A stretch of DNA of 60,357 nt from contig MESS01000079.1 of assembly GCA_001771055.1 (NCBI GenBank), forward strand, positions 1 to 60,357, given 5' to 3'. Source of the DNA: Caldithrix sp. RBG_13_44_9 (GTDB lineage Bacteria; Calditrichota; Calditrichia; RBG-13-44-9). The notes beneath the pieces are model-generated. The model saw only the letters and a list, made by a program, of their open reading frames with translations, was not told the origin of the DNA and ran no database searches. Made by a program: the position numbers and the translations under genes. This document shows positions 39,780 to 49,346 of the stretch, one piece after another; position 1 is the first letter of the stretch; each line of letters opens with the position of its first letter.

Positions 39780-40676
39780 ATGTCACAGCTACTGAAAGAG
39801 TTGGAAGAAAAATATCGACCAGGAGTGGAGCTGCTCAAGGAAAAGGGATATTACGAGCAGACGATATCGGAGGTCTATTATTTGATCAAATATTTAGATG
39901 CTAATTGGGTTGTTCGTCTGCTCAGTGAGAATCTGTTCTCTGACATCCAGGGTGTATTCTCTCTTTTCATCCGGGAGGAGTTAAAAGATATTTATCATGA
40001 TTTAGAGGTTGCCGGTGATCTGCCTCTGAACGATCTATTAAATCGGAATTATGTCAATCTGGAAATTTTACTTAAATGTGCTACCAGCCTCAATTATCAG
40101 GTAAAGTCAATCATGAAAACGCCGGATGTGCGAAACCTTAAATTCAAATCACGATTTCTGGAAATTATTTCTCGGAAATTCAATGGGGAGATTCAATCGT
40201 ATTTTAAGATCCTGCAGGAGAATTATAAAAAATATTTTCGCAAAAAATTTACTTTTGACTTCAAAGAAAAAAACATTGTTTCCTTGCAGTGTCTGCGTAA
40301 TTTGGCCAGCGATTATGATATGAATTTTATATCTGAAGTGCTTCATTTTCAAGCGCTTTCCGCTGCCATCCATTTTGTAAAAGACCTGTTTATGAAAGAA
40401 CTGGAAAATAAGGTGAATCAGCAAATCCAGCCTATCGTTAATCACCATCACAAATTCAATAAGCTCATCATTTACTTTATCAATGATCTCAAACGAAGTT
40501 TTATTCAGTCATTAATACAGCAATTCAGGAAAGGCAAGAATTTTGATTGGATAAAATCCGGTCTGGAAGAGTACATCCACAGTGAACGATTTGCCAGATT
40601 GCTGAAAAAGGTTATTTTTCAGACTTTCTCAATCATTCACACCAGCCGGCCGCGGGCTGAATTTCAACAAAAATAG
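39780..40676 (+). CDS. Hypothetical all-helical protein, no recognisable family
   Basis: 298-aa ORF with its own flanking non-coding DNA. K/N/F/I-rich and visibly more AT-rich than its neighbours. No motif recognised. Confidence 0.4.
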   Translation: MSQLLKELEEKYRPGVELLKEKGYYEQTISEVYYLIKYLDANWVVRLLSENLFSDIQGVFSLFIREELKDIYHDLEVAGDLPLNDLLNRNYVNLEILLKCATSLNYQVKSIMKTPDVRNLKFKSRFLEIISRKFNGEIQSYFKILQENYKKYFRKKFTFDFKEKNIVSLQCLRNLASDYDMNFISEVLHFQALSAAIHFVKDLFMKELENKVNQQIQPIVNHHHKFNKLIIYFINDLKRSFIQSLIQQFRKGKNFDWIKSGLEEYIHSERFARLLKKVIFQTFSIIHTSRPRAEFQQK

Positions 40677-40751
40677 GTTATCCGATAATGACAGACGAAA
40701 GAGGTATTACTGTAACTGTCTATTGTATTTTAATCCGACCTCCCGGAGTTA

Positions 40752-42938
40752 TCACCGGATTATTAATTCCTTGATAAAAGAATAGCTCAATGGACTTTTA
40801 ATACCGGAATAATTTCCTTTCACTACATTTTTCCCATCAGAAAAAACCAGATAGCTGTATTTCCCATAGTGAGAGAGCAGGCTGCCCACCCGACCAATTT
40901 TATTATTTTCTCCCAACATGATCATGCAGATATTATTCTCAGAATCAGGTCGGCGGGTAACCCAGACCACCACTTCCTCAATTCCCGGGGTAGGCTTTCC
41001 GTTGAGATAAGCCAGTTGATCCTGCAGTGAAAATTCTTTCTCACTTTCGAATGTGAGCTTTTTATATAAACTGTTTTCTTTCGGGTTTCCCAGGAGATAG
41101 AATGATCTGTTTTCCAGATCAGCTTCGGACACTTCCTTAACCTGGTGGATGGTCAGCTGTTCTTCACCTTCGGACATCATCCGGGCCAGTTGTTGATAAG
41201 TTTCCAATTTCCCGGTTTCACAATTATCGGGTAAAATGATCCAGGCCTCCGGTTGAGCAAAAATTTCAGCAAGTGAGGGTGGAATTTCTGCTCTGGTCAG
41301 TTTGCGGAAAAGATCAAAATTGGGATCGATGCTGAGTTGTTTAGGCTGGGAATCCATATCCAGGGAGAAATTTTGTTCCGATTTTTCCAACCAGAGATAA
41401 GTAGCATAAGAAGAATCGTCCTGCAATGTGACCTCGACGGGTACAAATAAACGGTATACCTCCGGCTGATTTTGTCTCAGGGTAAAGGAAAGTTTATTAT
41501 TTTGCAGTAATACTGAGTTCAATTCAATTTCCGGCGCACCTTTCCGCCCAATCCATTGTTCAAAAAACCAGCTCAGATCTTGCTGGCAGACCTGGGCGAC
41601 GGTATTTTTTATATCATCCCAGGAAGCCTCTTTGAACTTAAAGTCCTGATAAAATTTTTGAAAACTTTTAAAAAACAGCGAGTCTCCAATGACCTGTTTC
41701 AGCTGGTGGAAGACCATGGCGCTTTTTCCGTAACCAACTGCCCGGGAGGCGCTTTCGGTTCGCTCTTTAAATTTACTGAGTGGAAAATCTTTGTTTTCTT
41801 TTACATATACGGTAAAGTCACGGTTTAAATCACGGCGGTAATCCCGGGCTTCTTCCGGACTTTTATTTTGTTTGTAATAATGATCAGCATAATAGGTGGT
41901 GAGTCCTTCACACCAGTTGCCAGAGTCATAATCTATATAAACCGAATTTCCCCACCAGTTGTGCGCCACTTCATGGCCCAGGGAGGTGTGAATGATGAAA
42001 GGCAGGCGAATGACCTGGCTCCCCAACAGAGTGTAGGAAGGCATCCCATACCCGGTAGGAAAGAAGTTTTCCACTACCGCAAATTTGCTGAAGGGATAAC
42101 TGCCGATCAGACTTTCATACATCTCCAGATATCGTTGACAGGCAGTTAAATATGATTCTGCCAGCTCCTGCGACTCTGGAAAAAAATAAGTATAAACTGA
42201 CACCTCCCGATATTTTTTCTCACCAATGGTATAATGTGAACCGACTAAATTCAAACCACTGGCGGGGTAATTAATACTCCAACCGGTTTTGCGCTGGCCG
42301 TTTTCAATTTTGTTTTCCGTCAGATCGCCTTCCGTGAGCACCATCAGACTTTCCGGGGTAGTGACAGTGATATCGAAGTGTGAAAGTTCATCCGGAATGG
42401 TAGGATACCAAAAATAAGCCGGGCTGAGGAAGATTCCCTCTTTCCCGATAAAGCCGTTGACTTCATAAGCTTTATATTCCCGGGAGAAAGCAGCTTTATC
42501 AACCGAGTCAGACGCAGTTAAGGAATAGGTGATGGTAATCTGACCTTTTTGAAAGGGTTTGTCAAAAGAAAGCGAGAGTTCACCGGCCTGTTTATATTCT
42601 TGATATAAGGAAGAGTCAGAATCATTGAAATATTTTTTCAGATCAAAGTCCGGAAGCAATTGAAACTTTAGATTTTTATCCTTCCAGACAATTTTAGAAA
42701 TAGTAGCATTTTTATTAATAAGGAAGGAAAAAGCCCTGGTTTTTTCTGCTGAATTCAGGGAAAGTGTATTCTCAATTTTCATCAGATGTTTATCTGGTTG
42801 AATGATCATTTGCAGAGACTGTTTTTCAATGGAGGTTGTGGATTGCTGACAATGGCCCGCGTCGTGCAGGCAGATAAATAAACCGAAAAGCAGTGTAATT
42901 ATCATGGTCTTCATATATACCTCTGAATTTTTGTTCAC
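40752..42938 (-). CDS. M1-family (aminopeptidase N-like) zinc metallopeptidase, secreted
   Basis: 'GHEVAHNWWGN' followed by 'WCEGLTTY' (gluzincin third ligand). Signal-like N-terminus. ATGA overlap with the upstream gene. Confidence 0.8.
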   Translation of the reverse strand: MNKNSEVYMKTMIITLLFGLFICLHDAGHCQQSTTSIEKQSLQMIIQPDKHLMKIENTLSLNSAEKTRAFSFLINKNATISKIVWKDKNLKFQLLPDFDLKKYFNDSDSSLYQEYKQAGELSLSFDKPFQKGQITITYSLTASDSVDKAAFSREYKAYEVNGFIGKEGIFLSPAYFWYPTIPDELSHFDITVTTPESLMVLTEGDLTENKIENGQRKTGWSINYPASGLNLVGSHYTIGEKKYREVSVYTYFFPESQELAESYLTACQRYLEMYESLIGSYPFSKFAVVENFFPTGYGMPSYTLLGSQVIRLPFIIHTSLGHEVAHNWWGNSVYIDYDSGNWCEGLTTYYADHYYKQNKSPEEARDYRRDLNRDFTVYVKENKDFPLSKFKERTESASRAVGYGKSAMVFHQLKQVIGDSLFFKSFQKFYQDFKFKEASWDDIKNTVAQVCQQDLSWFFEQWIGRKGAPEIELNSVLLQNNKLSFTLRQNQPEVYRLFVPVEVTLQDDSSYATYLWLEKSEQNFSLDMDSQPKQLSIDPNFDLFRKLTRAEIPPSLAEIFAQPEAWIILPDNCETGKLETYQQLARMMSEGEEQLTIHQVKEVSEADLENRSFYLLGNPKENSLYKKLTFESEKEFSLQDQLAYLNGKPTPGIEEVVVWVTRRPDSENNICMIMLGENNKIGRVGSLLSHYGKYSYLVFSDGKNVVKGNYSGIKSPLSYSFIKELIIR

Positions 42939-44173
42939 TTATTTTTTTGAGAAAGATCTCCCACTTGCCGGATGAGCTTATGATCCTCTGGCAAATAACG
43001 TCTCATGTAGTTTCGACTGATTTCCCAGAAATTATTGGCATCCGCCAGTGATTTCCGGGAAAAAGCCAGGTTGCCTTTTGACCAGTAAATATTAGCCAGC
43101 ACTTCATCCCAATTTTCATACTGTACCAGCATTAACTCAAACAAAGAATCCGGCAGGGAGTAATTCCGGGTGTGGGCCATATAGTTTTCCAGTTTCCGGT
43201 ATCCTTTTAATTCATAGGGATTGTTCAACAGCATTTCATGGAACAGGATCTTCACTTTGCCTGAATCATTCCGGGCTTCATAAAAATCTATTAAATCCAG
43301 GTAGGCATCTTGCAGATCCGGCAAAAGATCGATGCATTCCTGCATGGTAACCAAAAATTTTTCGGATTCTCTCAGTTGCTGCAAAGCATTAGCGGACAAA
43401 CGAAGAGCATCATATTTCAGATAGAGGTCTTCAGTTGTTAGATATTTTAAAGCCTCACTGGCATAATTGTAAGCCTGGGTATATAATTTTTTCTGAAAAC
43501 TGATTTCGGCCAGACGATAGAGTGAAATGCCGTCTGCCGGTTCTTTACGGGTATTTTTCTGATAATAACTCCGGGCCCGGTCGAGCTGGTTTCGATTGAA
43601 ATAATAATCTCCCATCCAGCGGTTCATCTGGATATTTTTATAACCCAGCTTTTCCGCCTGTGAGTAATTATTAAAAGTTCTATCTTCCAGGGATTTGATA
43701 GTGGTTGGTTTGGCGAACTCAAAGTGACTCAGATCCCGCAATTGAAGATCATAATAATCACCCAAAAATTTATAAGCCAGGGCATACCTGGAATGATCCT
43801 TAATAGTCTTTTCCAGGATCCGCTGAGGATATCTGAGACGAATAATTCGGGGGTTCTCATCTTCTGCGGTTGAAGGGATTTTGTCAGAGTCCGGATCTTT
43901 TAAATAAAAGAAATCATAATTCTCATGCCGGTAGTAATTGGTAAGAGCATTACTTACCATCCAACAGGTGAAAAAGGGTTTCATCCCGTTCTGCTGAAGA
44001 AATTCTTCCAGCAGTAAATGGACCGTAGCATATTTCTCCTGTTCCAGAAAGGTATTAACCTGCTGAACAAAGATAGTACTGTCTGTTTGGATATCCTGAC
44101 TCCAGCTTGTTGGAATCAACCACAAGACTAAAAGCAGGGTGAACAATATTTTTGGATGGGAAAGAATAAACAT
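42935..44173 (-). CDS. Secreted helical-repeat (TPR-like) protein, translationally coupled to the M1 peptidase
   Basis: Signal peptide 'ILFTLLLVLWLIPTSWSQ'. Y/L/A-rich helical repeats ('ARSYYQKN', 'AYNYASEALKY'). 4-nt overlap with the downstream peptidase gene. Confidence 0.45.
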   Translation of the reverse strand: MFILSHPKILFTLLLVLWLIPTSWSQDIQTDSTIFVQQVNTFLEQEKYATVHLLLEEFLQQNGMKPFFTCWMVSNALTNYYRHENYDFFYLKDPDSDKIPSTAEDENPRIIRLRYPQRILEKTIKDHSRYALAYKFLGDYYDLQLRDLSHFEFAKPTTIKSLEDRTFNNYSQAEKLGYKNIQMNRWMGDYYFNRNQLDRARSYYQKNTRKEPADGISLYRLAEISFQKKLYTQAYNYASEALKYLTTEDLYLKYDALRLSANALQQLRESEKFLVTMQECIDLLPDLQDAYLDLIDFYEARNDSGKVKILFHEMLLNNPYELKGYRKLENYMAHTRNYSLPDSLFELMLVQYENWDEVLANIYWSKGNLAFSRKSLADANNFWEISRNYMRRYLPEDHKLIRQVGDLSQKNK

Positions 44174-44288
44174 CTATTTTAGATCAGTTGGTGAATGTTA
44201 AATCGACCGATTATTTCATTCTGCCAGCCTTAAATTTTTTAACTCTGGCCAGAATAAACACTCAATTTTATCTTTTTCGGTACTCATT

Positions 44289-44771
44289 TTACTGCTTATA
44301 ACCTATTTTCCTGAGAAATTCCTTCCGTTGATTAATATCTTTTTCGCTCTCGATGCCAAGTGGAGGTTCTCCATCCACTACTCCCAATATTGCTCTCCCC
44401 ATCTCAGATTCGGCAATTATTACCTGGGTTGGATTGGCAGTGGCACAGAATATTCGGCAAACTTCCGGTACCATCTTCAGGGAATTTAACACATTGACCG
44501 GAAAGGCATTTTTCAGGAAAACAATAAAACTGTGTCCGGACGCAATTTGCATGGCATTGTTTTGCGCTAATTCAATCATCCCCTGATCATTACCGGTCCA
44601 GCGCACCAAACGCGGCCCCGAAGCTTCGCAAAAAGCCACTCCGAATTTAACTCCCGGAACGGCCTGAATCACTGCCTCGTAAACATCCTCGACGGTTTTG
44701 ATAAAATGACTTTGTCCCAAAATAAAATTGATTTCCGCTGGTTTATTGATTTCTACCATTTTCAGATTCAT
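44289..44771 (-). CDS. Adenosine-specific-kinase-family (Adenosine_kin Pfam family) small protein
   Basis: About 160 aa. 'ILGQSHFIKTVEDVYEAV...VKFGVAFCEASGPRLVR...HSFIVFLKNAFPVNVLN...ATANP' matches my memory of this family. Confidence 0.5.
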   Translation of the reverse strand: MNLKMVEINKPAEINFILGQSHFIKTVEDVYEAVIQAVPGVKFGVAFCEASGPRLVRWTGNDQGMIELAQNNAMQIASGHSFIVFLKNAFPVNVLNSLKMVPEVCRIFCATANPTQVIIAESEMGRAILGVVDGEPPLGIESEKDINQRKEFLRKIGYKQ

Positions 44772-44864
44772 GCAATTCTCCTGCTAAATATTGAATCGAA
44801 AATTTATATAACAATTCTTCCCCATGCAAACAGTTAAAGGGGCAAATTGACTCGATATACCGGT

Positions 44865-45617
44865 TTATATAAGCTGTTGAATATTTAATTCCTCTTTATT
44901 CAGGCGCTCCAGAATGTGAAAGTAATGTTCTTTGGAACCGAGATCAATCCAGGTTCCGTGATGTGGATACACTGCTATTTTCTCCTTTTTTCGGAGAGCT
45001 GGCCGGTAAAAATCTTCAACCACCGATGAAAATACCGGTTTTAAATAACCCCGGGCCTGGGGAGTGAGGATGTGATATCCCATAAAAATTCCGGTCTGGC
45101 TGTGGTTGCCAATTTCAGAACCTTTAGGAAGAATATCCACCAGTATTTCATTTCTATCGAACTGCAGCAGGGCATATTCCCGGGAATTTCGGGAAGGCCA
45201 TACTGCCATACTGGCCAGTGGATTTTTCAAGTAATGATTTTCCATCAACCCCAATAAAGAGAAATCAGACAGAATATCGGAATTTACCACTAAAATTGTT
45301 TCTTCTTTAAAATTAGCTTCGGCAAATGCAATTCCTCCTCCGGTTCCCAAAATATTTTTTTCTTCACTGAAGATAATCTGTAAATCGGGGTATTTTTTTT
45401 TCTCGAGATGTTCTTTTATCAAGGATCCAAGGTAGTGCAAATTGACGACGATCTTCTGTATTCCAGCTTTGCTCAATTTCTGAATGGTGATATCCAGCGG
45501 CGTCAAATGATCCAGCGGAAGCAGGGCTTTTGGAGTATCTTTACCCATCTCTTTCATGCGGGTCCCAAATCCGGCCGCCAGAATCATCGCGGTAGTGATT
45601 TTCTGATAATGTCTCAT
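44865..45617 (-). CDS. Sugar-phosphate nucleotidyltransferase (MurU / mannose-1-P guanylyltransferase-like)
   Basis: 'MILAAGFGTRMKEMGKDTPKALLPL' is the N-terminal NTP_transferase signature. About 250 aa. Confidence 0.7.
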   Translation of the reverse strand: MRHYQKITTAMILAAGFGTRMKEMGKDTPKALLPLDHLTPLDITIQKLSKAGIQKIVVNLHYLGSLIKEHLEKKKYPDLQIIFSEEKNILGTGGGIAFAEANFKEETILVVNSDILSDFSLLGLMENHYLKNPLASMAVWPSRNSREYALLQFDRNEILVDILPKGSEIGNHSQTGIFMGYHILTPQARGYLKPVFSSVVEDFYRPALRKKEKIAVYPHHGTWIDLGSKEHYFHILERLNKEELNIQQLI

Positions 45618-45745
45618 GGATCAATTTTTCGCTTTTCTTCTCTACATTTGCTTGCCGTGAAAGGTCATCTGACAATTTCATTGATTTAAATAACTGCTAA
45701 ACCTAAATTAATTTAAAAGATAAAGCAAGTTTAAGGAAACAGATT

Positions 45746-46690
45746 ATGAAACGGATTCTGGTAACTGGAGGTGCAGGTTTTATCGGTTCCCACCTTTGTG
45801 AAAAACTGCTGAATGATGGTCATGAAGTCATTTGTCTGGATAATTTTTTTACTGGTTTCAAACGGAATATTCTGCATCTGCTGGATAATCACCGTTTTGA
45901 ATTGGTGCGGCAGGACGTTACTCTGCCGGTACTACTGGAGGTTGATAAAATTTACCATCTGGCCTGTCCCGCCTCTCCTGTTCATTATCAGTATAATCCG
46001 GTAAAGACCATAAAAACCAATGTCATGGGTACCATCAATATGCTGGGTTTGGCGAAACGGGTTAGAGCCAGAGTATTGCTGGCTTCGACCTCGGAAGTTT
46101 ACGGAGATCCCAAAGTTCATCCCCAGACCGAAGATTACTGGGGGAATGTCAATCCAATTGGCATCCGCAGCTGTTATGATGAAGGCAAACGGGTAGCAGA
46201 GACCCTGATGATGGACTATCATCGGCAGAATAAAGTGGATATCAAAATTGTGCGGATCTTTAATACCTATGGACCCAGAATGGCTCCCAATGACGGAAGG
46301 GTCGTCAGTAATTTTATCCTGCAGGCGCTTAGAGGACAGGATATCACTATTTTTGGCAAAGGTGATCAAACCCGTTCCTTCTGTTACATCGATGACTTAC
46401 TGACTGGATTGATCCAGATGATGGAGGTTGATGATTTCATCGGACCGGTCAATTTAGGAAATCCGGATGAATTTACGATTCTACAGCTAGCTCAGCAAAT
46501 TCTGGCTATGATCGGCTCCAAATCAAAAATAGTATATCACCCGTTGCCTTCGGATGACCCCACTCAAAGGAAGCCGGATATTACATTGGCCAGAAATAAA
46601 TTGGGATGGTATCCTGGTGTTTCTCTAAAGACTGGTCTGAAGAAGACTATTAAATATTTTGAGGATCTGCTGCAAAGCGGACAAGTTTAG
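45746..46690 (+). CDS. UDP-glucuronate decarboxylase (UDP-xylose synthase), SDR family
   Basis: '[34 protein letters not shown]', 'YDEGKR' (YxxxK), '[10 protein letters not shown]'. Confidence 0.85.
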   Translation: MKRILVTGGAGFIGSHLCEKLLNDGHEVICLDNFFTGFKRNILHLLDNHRFELVRQDVTLPVLLEVDKIYHLACPASPVHYQYNPVKTIKTNVMGTINMLGLAKRVRARVLLASTSEVYGDPKVHPQTEDYWGNVNPIGIRSCYDEGKRVAETLMMDYHRQNKVDIKIVRIFNTYGPRMAPNDGRVVSNFILQALRGQDITIFGKGDQTRSFCYIDDLLTGLIQMMEVDDFIGPVNLGNPDEFTILQLAQQILAMIGSKSKIVYHPLPSDDPTQRKPDITLARNKLGWYPGVSLKTGLKKTIKYFEDLLQSGQV

Positions 46691-46715
46691 TTCTCAAATG
46701 AAAAAAAATTAGTAC

Positions 46716-47636
46716 ATGGGAAAGTTTAAGATTGGACATTTTACCGATTTAACAAAGGGAACCGGCTGTACGGTCATACTCTGCCCTGAGGGTACCAAAG
46801 CTTCAGGCTGTGCCCGGGGAGTATCCCCCGGTACCCGGGAGTTTGCTTTACTGTCTCCTTTCAGGAAAGTTGAAGAGATACATGCGGTTTTTTTAACCGG
46901 TGGGAGTGCATTCGGTCTGGATGCAGCCGGCGGAGTGATGCGTTATCTGGCAGAGCAGGGGCGGGGATACCACACCCCCCTGGCAAAAATTCCCATTGTT
47001 CCGGCAGCGGTGATCTATGATCTGGCAGTAATTGATCCAGGCGCTTTTCCAACTGCGGAAAATGCCTATCAGGCGTGCCAGGCTGCCCGGTCCGATGCCC
47101 AGCATCAGGGTACCATTGGTGCCGGTACCGGCGCTACCGTAGGTAAATGGGCCGGCTTGGAGTATATGATGAAAGGCGGAATAGGCATCTCCAGCTATCG
47201 AATGAATGATCTTTGGGTAGAGACCCTGGCAGTGGTCAATCCGGTAGGAGATGTTATTGATGCAAATGGAAATATCATCGCTGGAGCGCAGCGGCAGGGA
47301 ATATTTATTGCCCAGAATGATCCCAGTCTGCGCTGGAAGACCAGTGATTTAAAATTCGGGCAAAATACTATTCTGGTAGTGGTAATGACAAATGCCAGAT
47401 TGAGCAAGATGCAACTGTATTACCTGGCAGAGCGGGCTCATAATGGAATTGTCCGAGCGGTAATTCCGGCACATACCAGCTACGATGGTGATTTAGTATT
47501 TGCTCTGTCACTTCCTCAGACCGAGGCTCAAATCGATCAAATTACTGAGATTGCAACTGAGATCACCCGCCGGAGCATCATTCAGGGAGTGATGGAAGCG
47601 AAATCACTTGGGGGGATACCAGCCCTGAGAAAGTAA
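46716..47636 (+). CDS. P1-family (DmpA/BapA-like, formerly S58) aminopeptidase
   Basis: 'GTGCTVILCPEG', 'LTGGSAFGLDAAGGVMRYL', 'GAGTGATVGK', 'NTILVVVMTNARL', 'TSYDGDLVFALS'. Confidence 0.7.
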   Translation: MGKFKIGHFTDLTKGTGCTVILCPEGTKASGCARGVSPGTREFALLSPFRKVEEIHAVFLTGGSAFGLDAAGGVMRYLAEQGRGYHTPLAKIPIVPAAVIYDLAVIDPGAFPTAENAYQACQAARSDAQHQGTIGAGTGATVGKWAGLEYMMKGGIGISSYRMNDLWVETLAVVNPVGDVIDANGNIIAGAQRQGIFIAQNDPSLRWKTSDLKFGQNTILVVVMTNARLSKMQLYYLAERAHNGIVRAVIPAHTSYDGDLVFALSLPQTEAQIDQITEIATEITRRSIIQGVMEAKSLGGIPALRK

Positions 47637-48001
47637 ATTCTTTCCCAGTCATAAAATACTTTCCTCATCATCACTCTGGTCCTGCTCTCATTAAAAATTT
47701 CTTTTTAAAAACATTCCCACCGACTCATTCAGATAAATTTTCTCACCAGGATTATCGATCAGTTTATTGTGATTATTTCCAGAAGGCCTTCCTTACTTGA
47801 AGTAGCAAAATTTCAACATCTGTGCGATTTTAGACACATTTGTATTTTTATGTTTGGATTTTCGACATTTTTAAATAATCAGGTCGGCACGATGATTGTC
47901 AATAAACTTATTATAAATAATATCTTATAACAGATGCACAAAAACTCTTTTTTGCTGGCATTGGATTTGTATTTATTAGGAATCATAGTGAGGAATGCAA
48001 C

Positions 48002-48172
48002 ATGGTTGAAACGCAGGAATACTACAAGAAAATATCTGAAATTCAGGAACATTATCAGCAGGACTATCATCAGACCATCAGTTTTTATGAGGCAATGGCT
48101 ATATTTTTAAGCGCCATAGCCCTGGAAGAAAATGATCAGATAGCGAATTGGACACAGAAATATCAAAATTGA
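48002..48172 (+). CDS. Candidate small protein (56 aa), below the ORF-track cut-off
   Basis: ATG at 48002 preceded by GTGAGGAA. Translation: MVETQEYYKKISEIQEHYQQDYHQTISFYEAMAIFLSAIALEENDQIANWTQKYQN. Its TGA stop lies inside the Shine-Dalgarno sequence of the next small ORF. Confidence 0.35.
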   Translation: MVETQEYYKKISEIQEHYQQDYHQTISFYEAMAIFLSAIALEENDQIANWTQKYQN

Positions 48173-48180
48173 GGTATTGC

Positions 48181-48366
48181 ATGAAGAGGGTTTCGGATTA
48201 TCAAAAAATGCAGTTAAAGGCTATTCAAAATTTTTATAATGATGTGAACCAACGTACTCAGTCCCAGTTTTCCATGAGTGATGTAATTATCGCCTGGTTC
48301 ACTGAGGGTCATGCCGAGGTTTTTCGCCGGAAGAATTTACGAAATAAAATGTTAGCTATTTCTTAA
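48181..48366 (+). CDS. Candidate small protein (61 aa), weakly similar to the preceding small ORF
   Basis: ATG at 48181 preceded by TGAGGT. Translation begins MKRVSDYQKMQLKAIQNFYNDVNQRTQSQFSMSDVIIAWF. Shares an 'IQxxY...TxS.F......I' pattern with ORF 48002-48172. Followed by a good terminator. Confidence 0.4.
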   Translation: MKRVSDYQKMQLKAIQNFYNDVNQRTQSQFSMSDVIIAWFTEGHAEVFRRKNLRNKMLAIS

Positions 48367-48410
48367 ACGATTACCTCCTAAAAGTGGTTAGTCATCATAG
48401 ACCTCCTCCA

Positions 48411-48440
48411 AAAAGGCCGGGGAATCAACCGGCCTTTTTT
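48411..48440 (+). terminator. Rho-independent terminator after the small-ORF pair (overlaps the 3' end of yjbQ on the other strand)
   Basis: AAAA-GGCCGG-GGAATCAA-CCGGCC-TTTTTT. Confidence 0.6.
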
Positions 48441-48859
48441 AGTCCCATAAATTGAACAATCAGTCGGCGATTTCTTTTCCGGTTGTCAAAATCGATGAAA
48501 ACAATCTGTTGCCAGGTGCCAAGAAGCAAGCTGTTGGCTTTAAATGGAATAGTAAGAGCCGGTTTCAGCAGGGCAGCTCTTAAGTGGGCATATCCGTTTC
48601 CATCCTGCCAGGTCTGATCATGATGATATGATTTGTCCTGCGGAATTATAGAATCAAAAAATTCAGGAAGATCCTTTATAAGCCCGGGTTCATATTCAAT
48701 GGTAGTGATACCCCCGGTGCTGCCTGGTACCATTACGGTCACCTGTCCCTCGCTCAATTCAGTTTGCTTGAGCAAGGCAGCAACCTGCGGGGTTATATCG
48801 ATAATATCAGTATATCCCCGGGTCTGCAGAAGAATTTCTTCGGTCTTAATTTCCAGCAT
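48425..48859 (-). CDS. yjbQ: YjbQ/UPF0047-family protein (secondary thiamine-phosphate synthase)
   Basis: 'GYTDIIDITPQV', 'GQVTVMVPGSTGGITTIEYE', 'YHHDQTWQDGNGYAHLRAALL', 'LGTWQQIVFIDFD'. Confidence 0.8.
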   Translation of the reverse strand: MLEIKTEEILLQTRGYTDIIDITPQVAALLKQTELSEGQVTVMVPGSTGGITTIEYEPGLIKDLPEFFDSIIPQDKSYHHDQTWQDGNGYAHLRAALLKPALTIPFKANSLLLGTWQQIVFIDFDNRKRNRRLIVQFMGLKKAG

Positions 48860-49346
48860 ATTTTTTTTCGATCAATTTTTCCAGACTATAACTATTGGAG
48901 GTGGGTAAATCTTGACATTCAAAATATATTCCAGTTTTTATCAATTGGTTGAAAATGTGAATCTCTTCAATGGAGAGATACAGATATGATAAAAATTCCT
49001 GGCGGTCTTCCCGGTAATGGATACCACCAATATTTACTTTTTCTATGGATATTCCTTTATCCAGCAGGACTTTCAGAATTTGGGGTGACTTAAGCAGAAT
49101 CAGGGTGATCTTCTTAGAAGATTGCCACAGATGAACACTATTAGCAGTTTGTTCTACTGAGCATACTTCGGCTGGTAGATTTACAGGCGCTGCCATAAGC
49201 AGCAGATTTTTCTCCCACTCAGTCGAGGCGATCTCATTATTGCACACAATCAGCCGTTCCACCGGCAACTGTCCGCACCAGCCAATGATCACCTGTCCAT
49301 GAATGAGGCGGTCATCAATCCGCCAGATGATACCTGAATTTTGCAC
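48846..49346 (-). CDS. PTS EIIB component, mannose/sorbose family, stand-alone
   Basis: 'IWRIDDRLIHGQVIIGW' contains the conserved phospho-His context of EIIB(Man). 'VNIGGIHY'. GTG start. 14-nt overlap with yjbQ. Confidence 0.8.
   Translation of the reverse strand: MQNSGIIWRIDDRLIHGQVIIGWCGQLPVERLIVCNNEIASTEWEKNLLLMAAPVNLPAEVCSVEQTANSVHLWQSSKKITLILLKSPQILKVLLDKGISIEKVNIGGIHYREDRQEFLSYLYLSIEEIHIFNQLIKTGIYFECQDLPTSNSYSLEKLIEKKYAGN

Noticed and set aside
44205-44270. Imperfect long-loop hairpin TCTGCCAG...CTGGCCAGA downstream of the adenosine-kinase-family gene, considered as a terminator.
   Set aside because: The stem is bulged, the loop is about 18 nt, and no U tract follows on the relevant strand.
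47879-48070. 63-aa minus-strand ORF in the AT-rich region, opposite small ORF A.
   Set aside because: Its highly hydrophobic F/L/I-rich translation is typical of AT-rich non-coding DNA. It has no ribosome-binding site, and it conflicts with the better-supported plus-strand small ORF that has a Shine-Dalgarno sequence and a terminator.
48373-48407. Two ACCTCCT (anti-Shine-Dalgarno-like) motifs in the 3' UTR of the small-ORF pair. On the minus strand they read as GGAGG sites with a 6-codon mini-ORF.
   Set aside because: This could be an SD-sequestering element or a leader peptide. However, no downstream minus-strand gene exists for it to regulate, and I could not draw a convincing pairing partner by eye.
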